Translations under genes and position numbers: made by a program
The notes under the pieces: generated by a model
Seen by the model: the letters and a program-made list of their open reading frames with translations, nothing else
What the model was told of the DNA's origin: nothing
Database searches by the model: none
Origin: a virus
Taxonomy: Duplodnaviria > Caudoviricetes
Length of the DNA stretch: 64,000 bases
IMG/VR virus record: IMGVR_UViG_3300006802_014262
Span: 4,328-68,327 of that record
Direction: 5' to 3' (one strand)
Part shown: one piece after another, positions 51,196 through 61,028 of the stretch
Layout of the letters: each line of letters starts with the position of its first letter
How positions within the stretch are numbered: the stretch's first letter is position 1

Positions 51196-53049
51196 ATGTT
51201 GACATTAGAATCACAAATTCTGAGTGAGATTACTACCCACCTTAAGTACGCGAAGTACTTACCCGAAGTACAAAGAAGAGAAACTTGGGACGAATTAGTT
51301 ACCCGAAACAAAGAAATGCATACTGAAAAGTATCCGGCATTAAAAGAAGAAATTGAGTGGGCGTATAAATTTGTGTATGACAAAAAGGTATTACCTTCAA
51401 TGCGTAGTTTACAGTTTGGTGGTAAACCAATTCAAATAAACAATTCAAGAATATTCAATTGTTCTTATTTACCAATTGATGACTTAGCATCATTTTCTGA
51501 AATTATGTTCTTATTACTTTCAGGATGTGGAGTAGGTTATTCAGTACAACAACACCACATCGAAAAATTACCTGAAGTTAGAAAACCATTAAAATCTAAA
51601 AGATATTTAGTTGGTGACTCAATTGAAGGATGGGCGGATGCCGTTAAGGTATTAATGAAAGCTTACTTAAGAGGAGGTGCAGCACCTGCTTTTGACTTTA
51701 GAGATATTCGTCCTAAAGGAGCTGAATTAATTACTGTAGGAGGTAAAGCACCAGGTCCAGAACCATTAAAAATTGCTTTAACACACGTACAAGCTATTTT
51801 AGACAGAAAACAAGATGGTCAAAAATTATCATCATTAGAATGTCATGATATTATTTGTCACTTAGCTGACGCTGTATTATCAGGTGGTATTAGAAGAGCA
51901 GCATTAATTTCATTATTTAATTTAGATGATGAAGAAATGTTAACTTGTAAATTTGGAAATTGGTGGGAAGAAAATCCACAACGTGGAAGAGCAAATAACT
52001 CAGCAATGTTGTTACGTTCTAAAATTGAAAAAAATACATTTTTAGAATTATGGAAAAAAATTGAATTGAGTAACAGTGGTGAACCTGGTTTCTTATTCTC
52101 AAACGATAAAGATGCAGGTACAAATCCATGTGCTGAAATTAATTTGAAACCAAATCAATTCTGTAACTTATGTGAAATCAATGCTTCAGACATTGAGACA
52201 CAAGAAGAATATAATGATAGAGCAAAAGCAGCAGCATTCATTGGAACATTACAAGCGTCATATACTGATTTTCATTACTTAAGAGATGTTTGGAAGAAAA
52301 CAACTGAAAAAGAAGCATTATTAGGTATCGGAATGACAGGTATCGCTTCAGGAGCTGTTTTAAAATTAAACATGAAAGAAGCAGCTAAAGTAGCAGTTGA
52401 AGAAAACGAACGTGTAGCTAAATTATTAGGTATTAATAAAGCAGCTCGTGTTACAACAGTTAAGCCATCAGGTACTACAAGTTTAGTATTAGGTACTTCA
52501 TCTGGAATTCACGCTTGGCATGATGAGTTTTATGCTAGAAGAATTAGAGTAGGTAAAAATGAAGCATTATATACTTACTTAAGTATCTATCATCCAGAAT
52601 TATTAGAAGATGATTTCTTTAAACCAACTATTCAAGCAGTAATTTCAGTTCCACAAAAAGCACCTCAAGGAGCAATTACACGTTCAGAATCAGCACTTGA
52701 TTTATTAGAACGTATTAAAACAATTAATAAAAATTGGATTAAACCAGGACATAGAAGAGGTTCTAACATGCATAATGTTTCTGCAACTGTAACTATTAAA
52801 CCTGATGAGTGGGATACAATTGGAGAATGGGTATTTGAAAACAAAGAATACTTTACAGCATTATCATTCCTACCACATTCAGATCACACTTACGTTCAAG
52901 CACCATTTGAAACCATAGATGAGGACAAATTTAATGAAATGGTAAAAAGTTTACATAACATTGACTTATCTAAAGTAATAGAAATGAATGACAACACAGC
53001 AAGACAAGACGAACTCGCATGTGCCGGAGGAAATTGCGAAATCCAATAA
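51196..53049 (+). CDS. nrdJ: Class II (adenosylcobalamin-dependent) ribonucleotide reductase
   Basis: RRETW, FNCS, GGIRR.A, TNPCAEI, CNL, VKPSGT, C-terminal CAGGNC; no small subunit nearby. Confidence 0.92.
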   Translation: MLTLESQILSEITTHLKYAKYLPEVQRRETWDELVTRNKEMHTEKYPALKEEIEWAYKFVYDKKVLPSMRSLQFGGKPIQINNSRIFNCSYLPIDDLASFSEIMFLLLSGCGVGYSVQQHHIEKLPEVRKPLKSKRYLVGDSIEGWADAVKVLMKAYLRGGAAPAFDFRDIRPKGAELITVGGKAPGPEPLKIALTHVQAILDRKQDGQKLSSLECHDIICHLADAVLSGGIRRAALISLFNLDDEEMLTCKFGNWWEENPQRGRANNSAMLLRSKIEKNTFLELWKKIELSNSGEPGFLFSNDKDAGTNPCAEINLKPNQFCNLCEINASDIETQEEYNDRAKAAAFIGTLQASYTDFHYLRDVWKKTTEKEALLGIGMTGIASGAVLKLNMKEAAKVAVEENERVAKLLGINKAARVTTVKPSGTTSLVLGTSSGIHAWHDEFYARRIRVGKNEALYTYLSIYHPELLEDDFFKPTIQAVISVPQKAPQGAITRSESALDLLERIKTINKNWIKPGHRRGSNMHNVSATVTIKPDEWDTIGEWVFENKEYFTALSFLPHSDHTYVQAPFETIDEDKFNEMVKSLHNIDLSKVIEMNDNTARQDELACAGGNCEIQ

Positions 53050-53191
53050 TACTCAAGATTATTACATAGAAAATGGGTACCGTGTTCTCACGGCCCATTT
53101 TCTTATTAATCGTGGTTATTGTTGTGGAAATGGTTGTCGACATTGTCCTTACCATCCACAACACACAAAAGGTACTCAAACTTTACGATAG
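52988..53191 (+). CDS. DUF5522-like Cys-rich small protein
   Basis: DYY.E.G..V.T...L..RGYCCGNGCRHCPY. Confidence 0.75.
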   Translation: MTTQQDKTNSHVPEEIAKSNNTQDYYIENGYRVLTAHFLINRGYCCGNGCRHCPYHPQHTKGTQTLR

Positions 53192-53228
53192 GCTTGGCTT
53201 TCCTAAATATCTTTGTTATGTTTAGGAT

Positions 53229-54401
53229 ATGAATATAGATTTAAGTAAAATAGCCAAGAAATTAATGTTAGATGAACCGTTTTATGGTTTGTTCTTATTA
53301 ACATTAAATAAACGAGAAAACACACAGATCCCAACTGCTTGTGTATCACTACAAGGTATTAACCAATCTTTAGAAATTAATCCGGAGTATTGGAATTCAT
53401 TACCTGAACTTCAACGAATAGGATTATTAAAACATGAATTGTTACATATCATGTTTCATCACTTCCTATTAGACACAACAATGTATCCTGATGCTAAACT
53501 AAGAAACATAGCCGCAGATATAGAAATCAATCAATTTATAGACGAACAAAATAAATCAAAGGATTGGTTAGGTTTAACTTCAGTTCCTAATTTAGTTTTA
53601 CCTGAAAAAGCAGGTACAAGAGTTTATTATGATATGATTAAAGATAAAGCATCAACTTGTCCTCAAGTTCAAGAATGGCTTGATGGATTAGGAGATGATA
53701 GTTGTGAATTTGCTGATGGTCATGAAATGTGGGGTGATCCAAATATGGATGAAGCAACAAAAAAATTAATTGGTAAACAATTAGAACATCAAGTAAAAGA
53801 GATTGCTGAACATTTAGATAAAAAAGGTTCTAAGTTTAGAGGTACATTACCCGGTACATTAGTAGAATGGATTGATAGTTTATTTGAATTACCAGTACCA
53901 GTTACTGATTGGAAATCATATTTTAAGCGTTTTATATCATCATCAGATAAAGTAGTTACTAAAAAATCAAGAAACAAATACAATAAACGTTTCCCAGGTA
54001 ATCCAGCTCTAAAAATTAAACATAAGAAAAATATATTAGTAGCAATTGATACTTCAGGTTCAGTTAGTAGTGAAAATTTAGTTGAGTTTTTAGGTCAATT
54101 ATTACACATTCATAAAACAGGTCATGAAGTAACAGTAATGGAATGTGATGCTAAAATTACTAATATATTTAAATATAAAGGAGATAAAGAGATTGCTATT
54201 ACAGGTAGAGGAGGAACAGATTTTCAACCAGCAATTGATTATTTTAATCAGCATATTCAAACTTATAACACATTAGTATTTTTTACAGACGGTTATGCAC
54301 CGGCTCCTACACCTCCTAAACGTCCAATGTTGTGGGTAATGACAAGTGATGGGGAAACTAAAACATCAAAATTTCCAGGCAAAGTAGTACACATGAATTA
54401 A
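53229..54401 (+). CDS. Metallopeptidase-vWA protein (DUF2201-like)
   Basis: HELLH zincin motif, NIAAD.EIN, MIDAS DTSGS, GRGGTDF, FTDG. Confidence 0.88.
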   Translation: MNIDLSKIAKKLMLDEPFYGLFLLTLNKRENTQIPTACVSLQGINQSLEINPEYWNSLPELQRIGLLKHELLHIMFHHFLLDTTMYPDAKLRNIAADIEINQFIDEQNKSKDWLGLTSVPNLVLPEKAGTRVYYDMIKDKASTCPQVQEWLDGLGDDSCEFADGHEMWGDPNMDEATKKLIGKQLEHQVKEIAEHLDKKGSKFRGTLPGTLVEWIDSLFELPVPVTDWKSYFKRFISSSDKVVTKKSRNKYNKRFPGNPALKIKHKKNILVAIDTSGSVSSENLVEFLGQLLHIHKTGHEVTVMECDAKITNIFKYKGDKEIAITGRGGTDFQPAIDYFNQHIQTYNTLVFFTDGYAPAPTPPKRPMLWVMTSDGETKTSKFPGKVVHMN

Positions 54402-54402
54402 T

Positions 54403-54648
54403 ATGGAATTAGAATTTAATCTTGAATCTGTTGAACGATTAATCAGTATGATTAAATCAGACGACCACGACAATCTAGTAATAGCTATGGCTATTCTATT
54501 TAACTTAAGTGATGAACAAGCTGATATTAAAGCAACTAAAACAGAGTTATATCAATTAGTAATTGATGTACACAGTTGGGGTAAATTCATTGAATTATAT
54601 AAAAATAACATTAAACTGTATGATCCCGAAAGCTTGGCTTCCCAATAA
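54403..54648 (+). CDS. Small helical protein sharing a motif with 55911..56945
   Basis: L.SM..S.D..N...A..IL.N motif. Confidence 0.55.
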   Translation: MELEFNLESVERLISMIKSDDHDNLVIAMAILFNLSDEQADIKATKTELYQLVIDVHSWGKFIELYKNNIKLYDPESLASQ

Positions 54649-54691
54649 ATTGATGTTATATTTAGGTATTAAGAAATAAAAGATAAAAATT

Positions 54692-55906
54692 ATGGCAAAA
54701 GGTTCTAAAAAAAGTACGGAGACTTCATCATCAAATCAAGTGTCCCTAAATCCAAAGGATTTAAAATCATTCCTAAATCACATTGTTAGTAACAATCGAT
54801 TTCTCCAGGAACAAGGCAAACCAGTAGTGAGTGTCGAAGTAGTAGGAGAAAGTGGTATTGGAAAAACATCATCAATTATTCAATTATCAAAAGAGTTGAA
54901 TGTAGATTTTGTTAAGTTAAATTTAGCTCAAATTGAAGAGTTAGGAGACATAGTAGGTTTTCCAATCAGACAATTTGAAGTATGTCAAAATGAGGAAGAG
55001 AAATGTGTTTGGATTGATGAGCATGCAGTAGATGAATATACTAAATTAGGGTATAAATTTACAGGTAAAAATCGAATGAGTTATTGTCCACCTGAATGGA
55101 TTAGTGGTAAAACAAAAGGTGGTATTCTATTATTAGATGACTGGAATAGAGCTGATATGAGATTCATACAAGCTGTAATGGAGTTAATTGATAGACAAGA
55201 ATATATTAGCTGGAAACTACCTAAAGACTGGCATATCATATTAACAAGTAATCCTGATACAGATGATTATATTGTTAATTCAATTGATTCTGCTCAAAAA
55301 ACACGATTTATCTCAGTTAATTTAAAGTATGATGTTTCATGTTGGGCAGAATGGGCTGAACAAAATCAATTAGATAACAGATGTATCAATTTTATGTTAT
55401 TACATCCTGAACTAATTAACAAAAATGTCAATCCAAGAAGTACATCAATGTTTTTTAATTCAATATCATCATTAGAATCGTTTGATAAGTCATTACCATT
55501 AATTCAAATGATTGGAGAAGGTAGTGTTGGTGTTGAATTTGCAAGTATGTTTACAATGTTTATCAATAATAAATTAGATAAATTAGTAAAAATACATGAT
55601 GTATTATTTCATGACAATGAAAAATATATTTTAGGTGAATTAAAAGGATGTATTGGATCTGATAAAAATTATAGAGCAGATATTGCCTCAACGTTAGCAA
55701 CCCGATTAATCAATTATAGTTTATTTTATGCTAGTGATAATAAGATAGATGATAGTTTAATTAATCGAATCAAAGAGATAATTGTAGGAGATATATTTGC
55801 TGTTGATTTAAAGTACCATATTGTAAAGTCAATTTATAATGGTGATGCTAATAAGTTTAAAAGCTTAATGTTAAAGAAAGAGTTGGTTTCATATTTAATG
55901 AAGTAA
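54692..55906 (+). CDS. MoxR-like AAA+ ATPase
   Basis: GESGIGKT, LLLDDWNRA, TSNP, D.AQ.TRF, PRS. Confidence 0.88.
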   Translation: MAKGSKKSTETSSSNQVSLNPKDLKSFLNHIVSNNRFLQEQGKPVVSVEVVGESGIGKTSSIIQLSKELNVDFVKLNLAQIEELGDIVGFPIRQFEVCQNEEEKCVWIDEHAVDEYTKLGYKFTGKNRMSYCPPEWISGKTKGGILLLDDWNRADMRFIQAVMELIDRQEYISWKLPKDWHIILTSNPDTDDYIVNSIDSAQKTRFISVNLKYDVSCWAEWAEQNQLDNRCINFMLLHPELINKNVNPRSTSMFFNSISSLESFDKSLPLIQMIGEGSVGVEFASMFTMFINNKLDKLVKIHDVLFHDNEKYILGELKGCIGSDKNYRADIASTLATRLINYSLFYASDNKIDDSLINRIKEIIVGDIFAVDLKYHIVKSIYNGDANKFKSLMLKKELVSYLMK

Positions 55907-55910
55907 GAAA

Positions 55911-56945
55911 ATGATATATTTTTATAAAAATGGTTGGTTTAACCAAAAAAACACTGTTACAGATTCAAATACCTTATATGGCTATTTACAAGCTTCAGAT
56001 GTTAATACTTACAAAGCTAATTTACTCAATTTTAAAAATAATAAAATTGAAGATGGAGATATAGTTTGTTTTGGTAAAGATAATATTACTAGAGATAAAT
56101 TAAAAGACTTAAATAAACGAGTTAAATTTAAACGAGTAACAGATGAGTCTAAAGCTAATACATTAGTAATAGATGATATTTGGTTTAATGATAAAGTAAA
56201 AGAATCAAAATTAGCAGAATATTTATTTTTACCTTGTAATATAAAAGATAGATTACATAGTAATGATTCATTTGTAAGTGTATATAATAGTGAGGCATGT
56301 ATTGGAGAAAAAGATTATGTTATAAGATATAATAACAGTCACTTTAAAAACACAAATCCAACTATTAAATCTTATTATCAAATTGTAAATTTATGGTTAT
56401 ATAGTAATAGAGATAATAAATCAACTATTACAATTGAGGAACAAAGAGGAATGAGTTTAGTTATATCAAAACTAAAACAAATCGCAGATTCATTAACCAC
56501 AACTAAAAAAATTGTTTTAGCTAGTTCATTACAACATCAATTTAATGAAGATAGTATTGAGTTAAATGAGGAAACATATGAAACATTAAAATCTATGTTC
56601 GCATCTTCAGATACAGAAAATACATTATTAGCTTTAGAAATTTTAGCGAACGCAAAAATACCTGAAGAAAATAGAGTATTAGTAACATTACTATTATATA
56701 ACAATTATTATAGTATAACTCCACTTATTAAAACAAATAATATTAATAAGTTCTTAAAATTGTATAAATACGAGTATAAGTTAGGAAGAGAACCAATGAG
56801 TTATGTAATGGGTTTATTAATGGATAAATATTATTCACCTAAATTTGAGTCATTTATTAAAGCATTAATAGTTGATTATATCAATAAACATTTACTTAAT
56901 GATAAATCATCGAAACATAGAATCTCAGCCGTAGAATTATCTTAA
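55911..56945 (+). CDS. Hypothetical protein of the vWA/AAA module
   Basis: 344 aa; carries LKSMFASSDTENTLLALEILAN. Confidence 0.6.
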   Translation: MIYFYKNGWFNQKNTVTDSNTLYGYLQASDVNTYKANLLNFKNNKIEDGDIVCFGKDNITRDKLKDLNKRVKFKRVTDESKANTLVIDDIWFNDKVKESKLAEYLFLPCNIKDRLHSNDSFVSVYNSEACIGEKDYVIRYNNSHFKNTNPTIKSYYQIVNLWLYSNRDNKSTITIEEQRGMSLVISKLKQIADSLTTTKKIVLASSLQHQFNEDSIELNEETYETLKSMFASSDTENTLLALEILANAKIPEENRVLVTLLLYNNYYSITPLIKTNNINKFLKLYKYEYKLGREPMSYVMGLLMDKYYSPKFESFIKALIVDYINKHLLNDKSSKHRISAVELS

Positions 56946-56984
56946 ATTAGGTTTGGCCTTCGGGCCATTCCTTATTATATTTAA

Positions 56985-57497
56985 ATGATGACAGCAAAAG
57001 ATATATTAATAGAATTAGGTTATAATCATAAGATTAAAGCACCTCAAAAACCTAAATGGAATGGAGCAAATAAATTTTATTGGTGGAGACGATTTCCAAT
57101 CCATAAAGATCTCCATAAATATCAACCATTACAAAATAAAATAGATAATGGAGATTTTGATTACACTCCTTATGCTAAGTATATAGATTATGAGTATTAT
57201 TGGATGGCTGAAGAAATTTTAGCTATTAGAGAACAAAATCTACGACATAATATTAGACGAGAAAAAGAAGACGAAATTATATCATCTTATGCTAAACGTT
57301 TAAAACATTTAGGAGAGGATATGATGAAGGACGAATTCAATCGTATTCAGGATTTTAAAGAAGCATTGAGATATCATTTAGGTGGTTCTAAAGATTTAGT
57401 GAATGAGTATTTTGAGGAAATAGAAGGTACTTTAACTGAAATAGCTTCACATTATCCAAAATGGTTAGAACAAAGAAAATTAAGTTTGGCAAATTAA
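56985..57497 (+). CDS. Hypothetical protein
   Basis: 170 aa, FYWWRRF...I.NGDFD; own promoter. Confidence 0.6.
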   Translation: MMTAKDILIELGYNHKIKAPQKPKWNGANKFYWWRRFPIHKDLHKYQPLQNKIDNGDFDYTPYAKYIDYEYYWMAEEILAIREQNLRHNIRREKEDEIISSYAKRLKHLGEDMMKDEFNRIQDFKEALRYHLGGSKDLVNEYFEEIEGTLTEIASHYPKWLEQRKLSLAN

Positions 57498-57529
57498 TAA
57501 AATCTTTTATATTTATATAAAATAAAGTT

Positions 57530-58324
57530 ATGCAAATATCACACGAACTCCCACTCAATTTATTAGACAAATCTTATTTATGGAATGACTATGATTATTG
57601 TCTTCCTCATTTAATTGACAAACATACATCTTATAAAGAATATTTTATTAGAGCTAGACGTCATGGTCGTTTTATTATCATGGATAATGGTTTATTTGAA
57701 GGTGTAACTCATACTGAAAAAGATTTAGTTGAAAAAATTAATCTAATTAAACCTGATATTTTTGTTGTTCCTGATGAATGGAATGATACAGCACTCACTT
57801 ATAGAAATGCTAAATATTGGATGAATGTTATTAAAGAACAACTACCTAAAGAAACTGAATTAATGGTAGTAATGCAAGGGCATACTTTAGGTGATTTTAT
57901 GAATTTATATAATCAAAGTGCGGCTTTAGGTTATACGCATTTTGCATTTAATCATTCATCTCAGTATTATCAAAATGATGGTTATCATCCAAATCATTTA
58001 GTTAATCAAATGATGAATAGAATTTATGTAATTTCTAGATTATATAAAGAAGGAATTATTAAAGATAATCATTATATCCATTTATTAGGAGCCTCGTTAC
58101 CCCAAGAATTCTTATATTATAATGATCCAAAATATGCTTTTATTAAGTCTGTCGACACATCTAATCCGGTTATTGTAGGCGCGTTAGGTCAGTTTTATAA
58201 GGAATATGGTTTATTAACTAAACCAAAAAATAAAATTGAAGAATTTATGGAAAGAGAATTTGATAAAAAAGAAATAGAAGTTATACAAAGTAATATTAAA
58301 AAATTTAAATCGTTTATAAAATGA
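57530..58324 (+). CDS. tRNA-guanine-transglycosylase-fold protein (DpdA-like deazaguanine DNA insertase)
   Basis: IMDNG.FE, VPD, VMQG, IHLLG, SVDTS follow the TGT barrel motif order; QueC is 4 kb downstream. Confidence 0.72.
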   Translation: MQISHELPLNLLDKSYLWNDYDYCLPHLIDKHTSYKEYFIRARRHGRFIIMDNGLFEGVTHTEKDLVEKINLIKPDIFVVPDEWNDTALTYRNAKYWMNVIKEQLPKETELMVVMQGHTLGDFMNLYNQSAALGYTHFAFNHSSQYYQNDGYHPNHLVNQMMNRIYVISRLYKEGIIKDNHYIHLLGASLPQEFLYYNDPKYAFIKSVDTSNPVIVGALGQFYKEYGLLTKPKNKIEEFMEREFDKKEIEVIQSNIKKFKSFIK

Positions 58325-58521
58325 GAACATTAATCAACTGGTTAAAAAGAAAACAAGACATTATATTATTATATTGTGCTGTATTATCAATTTGGGTAAC
58401 ATTAACTGTGTTTATAGAACACTATAAACAAGATCGCAAATACAAAGAAATGGAGTTTAAACGTGATAGTATGGATTATGAATTAAAGAAACAAGATTAC
58501 GAATTATTTAAACAACAATAA
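58321..58521 (+). CDS. Small membrane protein
   Basis: One hydrophobic helix IILLYCAVLSIWVTLTVFI. Confidence 0.55.
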   Translation: MRTLINWLKRKQDIILLYCAVLSIWVTLTVFIEHYKQDRKYKEMEFKRDSMDYELKKQDYELFKQQ

Positions 58522-58522
58522 A

Positions 58523-58900
58523 ATGGCACAAACATTCACATCGTACTCAGGTACAGAAAACACATTATTAGGTGTTAAAGGAACAGTATCATTAGGTACA
58601 GGAACATCATACTCAGGTACAACATATACTGATTATAGTACTCATATTCCTACATTTGCAACATCAAATTTAGCAATTTCATCAATTAACCAAAACACAA
58701 TTATGCAAAACAAAGTAGCAGTGTTCAAAGTAACACGTAATGACGAAAACAAAATTACATCAACTGAATTCATTAAAGAATTATGGATTGAAACTAAAAA
58801 TGGCCAATCAGTAGAGTTTGAAGTAGCTAGAGATAAAGACTTGGCTAAGTACAAAGCTGAAGATTTATCTATTAGAGTAATTTTTACAGTAACATTCTAA
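58523..58900 (+). CDS. Hypothetical protein
   Basis: Tight packing; T/S/G-rich N-half, compact C-half. Confidence 0.55.
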   Translation: MAQTFTSYSGTENTLLGVKGTVSLGTGTSYSGTTYTDYSTHIPTFATSNLAISSINQNTIMQNKVAVFKVTRNDENKITSTEFIKELWIETKNGQSVEFEVARDKDLAKYKAEDLSIRVIFTVTF

Positions 58901-58901
58901 A

Positions 58902-59084
58902 ATGGCAAAACTACAAAAAATTGAAACTACTCATTACATTTATGAGTATGAATTAAGCGAAGATGAATTAGCATTATATATTAGTGATCCAGATACATTT
59001 TGGGAAGACTTTAATGAGGAATGGAATGATCCATATATGGATGTAGATTCAACTCAACCAGAAATTAACTTTTTAGAAGAATAA
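58902..59084 (+). CDS. Small acidic hypothetical protein
   Basis: 60 aa, strongly acidic, tight packing. Confidence 0.55.
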   Translation: MAKLQKIETTHYIYEYELSEDELALYISDPDTFWEDFNEEWNDPYMDVDSTQPEINFLEE

Positions 59085-59093
59085 ATAAAAATT

Positions 59094-59444
59094 ATGATAT
59101 TAAAATTATTTATATGTGCATACCTAATTATATTTGGGTACCACTTAAATCCTAAAAATAGGATAATGCCTATTAGTTTATTATATCCATTCCAACCAAT
59201 TTGGACAATGGTTATTGTACCTATATTATTTATACATAGTATGTTTAAAATTTTTGTTGCTAAATGGGACTTAGAATATTTATTTTATTATTTTTTTAAT
59301 AAAGATAAATTAATATTAGAAGAAAGAGATTTAAATCACATAAAAACAAAATTGTTACCCCAATTTAATAATATAAATACCCCATATGGTAGATATAAAT
59401 ATTGGTTAGGTGGTAAGATTTTAGAAATTAATAATAAAAATTAA
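59094..59444 (+). CDS. Hypothetical membrane protein
   Basis: Two hydrophobic segments in N-half. Confidence 0.5.
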   Translation: MILKLFICAYLIIFGYHLNPKNRIMPISLLYPFQPIWTMVIVPILFIHSMFKIFVAKWDLEYLFYYFFNKDKLILEERDLNHIKTKLLPQFNNINTPYGRYKYWLGGKILEINNKN

Positions 59445-59450
59445 ATAAAA

Positions 59451-59507
59451 ATGAAAAAAGTAAAAGTAAAAGGTAAAATTAGATGGATTTCATCGCTAAA
59501 AAAGTAA
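59451..59507 (+). CDS. Possible 18-aa basic micro-ORF (MKKVKVKGKIRWISSLKK)
   Basis: Fills an intergenic gap with an A-rich start; below the ORF-track cutoff. Confidence 0.3.
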   Translation: MKKVKVKGKIRWISSLKK

Positions 59508-59531
59508 ATAAAATCAAAATTAAAAAAAAAT

Positions 59532-59990
59532 ATGTACGAATTTGAAAAACATAAAAAACTAACAGAATTTATTCAAGAAATAGCAAATACTGGTAAAGCC
59601 CCTAAAGAATGGACATCTTTTATAGAAACATTAAATAAATCTTTAGATGTACAAAATAATATAAGTGTACAAACACAAAAGATATTGCAAGAGTTAATTA
59701 ATACTTTAGAGCAAAAAATTCAGGATTCAGCTCATGGTAAAGGAGATACCACTAGAACAGGTGATTACAGGATAGGTTTAAAACATGCTGTTAATGAAGT
59801 GTATAATATTTTAGAAACTGAAAATAATGCTAATGCGGATAAGATATTAATACCTCAATATATTGTCGATGCTTACGTTCAAGGTGCTCTAATGGAAAAT
59901 CCTAGTGCGAGTGAAGAAGATATTATTAAAATGGTTGCAAATGGTAATATTTATTGGAATAGAAATTTTAGCGGACTTAAAAATAAATAA
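59532..59990 (+). CDS. Hypothetical protein
   Basis: 152 aa ORF in co-directional array. Confidence 0.55.
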   Translation: MYEFEKHKKLTEFIQEIANTGKAPKEWTSFIETLNKSLDVQNNISVQTQKILQELINTLEQKIQDSAHGKGDTTRTGDYRIGLKHAVNEVYNILETENNANADKILIPQYIVDAYVQGALMENPSASEEDIIKMVANGNIYWNRNFSGLKNK

Positions 59991-59993
59991 TAT

Positions 59994-60128
59994 ATGAAAA
60001 CATACTTTATTTTACCTTTTATTATATACGAGGAAGTATATGAAACAAAATCTATTACTATTGGATGGTTATCTAAATCTTGGACTTTTTTTATAGTTAA
60101 ACCTAAAAAAGAAAAAGATACAATTTAA
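59994..60128 (+). CDS. Small hypothetical protein (44 aa)
   Basis: MKTYFILPFIIYEE...; fills the gap 3 nt after the previous stop. Confidence 0.45.
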   Translation: MKTYFILPFIIYEEVYETKSITIGWLSKSWTFFIVKPKKEKDTI

Positions 60129-60133
60129 ATATT

Positions 60134-60439
60134 ATGAAAGAAATAATAGAAAAATTAAATAATTTAAACATAATTCAAAAAAATTATGAGTTTGAAGAAG
60201 ATCTTCCTGAAGAAATGTTAAAATATTTTACAAAATCGTTAGCATCAGAATTAGATATTGACAAACATCGCTGGTATGAAACTTCAGTATCAGTTTGGGA
60301 AACTAATGAAGGATTATTAGGAGTTAGATCTATTACAAATTTATATTCTGAGCAAAGTGATTATGAAGATATATCTTGGAAGTTAAGATTTTTTGAGATG
60401 GAACCTATTCAAACAATTACTTATAAAATTAAAAAATAA
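60134..60439 (+). CDS. Hypothetical protein
   Basis: 101 aa with HRWYE motif. Confidence 0.6.
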   Translation: MKEIIEKLNNLNIIQKNYEFEEDLPEEMLKYFTKSLASELDIDKHRWYETSVSVWETNEGLLGVRSITNLYSEQSDYEDISWKLRFFEMEPIQTITYKIKK

Positions 60440-60441
60440 AA

Positions 60442-60600
60442 ATGAAAAAATTACTATATTTATTACTTAAAAAAGATATGATTAAAAAATTAAGTAAAAA
60501 ACGAGGAACTCAGTTTGTTGATGATGTTATGGCAATATTCGGAATGCCAACTGATACTACTAATGAATATTTAAATTCACTAAAACAAACTAAAAAATGA
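60442..60600 (+). CDS. Small hypothetical protein (52 aa)
   Basis: MKKLLYLLLKK...; ATGA overlap with next ORF. Confidence 0.45.
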   Translation: MKKLLYLLLKKDMIKKLSKKRGTQFVDDVMAIFGMPTDTTNEYLNSLKQTKK

Positions 60601-60812
60601 AAATCTATCAATTAAGAACAGCAAAAGAATTTTACAATTCAATTAAAGAAAACTTTACAACAGAAGAATTAATGCAAATGTATGCTGAAGATGTAGCAAA
60701 AAGATTTGCAGCTGAATGTGTAAATGAGGCACTTGGAAACAAAATGGAAGTTTCAAATATGTTACATAGTGCTATTGAAAATAAATATAAATCTATAATT
60801 TGGGAAAATTAA
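60597..60812 (+). CDS. Hypothetical protein
   Basis: 71 aa, coupled start. Confidence 0.55.
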   Translation: MKIYQLRTAKEFYNSIKENFTTEELMQMYAEDVAKRFAAECVNEALGNKMEVSNMLHSAIENKYKSIIWEN

Positions 60813-60813
60813 A

Positions 60814-61014
60814 ATGAGTACATTTAAAGAAAGATTAACTGCTGAAATGCAAGATTTAAAAGAAAAAATTGATAAATTAGAAATATTTGTTAATAGTGAT
60901 GCTTTATTTAATATTGATGCGACACAACAGGTTTTATTAAGAATTCAATTACAGTCTATGATAACTTATTTTCAAATTTTAGTTGAGCGTATTGTTTGGT
61001 TAGATAGAAATTAA
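60814..61014 (+). CDS. Small helical-hairpin hypothetical protein
   Basis: RL..E...L..KI.KL..F...LL..Q...M..Y..IL.ERI, a pattern common in small phage proteins. Confidence 0.6.
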   Translation: MSTFKERLTAEMQDLKEKIDKLEIFVNSDALFNIDATQQVLLRIQLQSMITYFQILVERIVWLDRN

Positions 61015-61028
61015 AAAAAAATAAACAT

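Noticed and set aside
58538-58621. Short near-identical repeat ACATC(G/A)TACTCAGGTACA (TSYSGT twice)
   Set aside because: An 18-bp intragenic duplication in a low-complexity segment with no sign of function.
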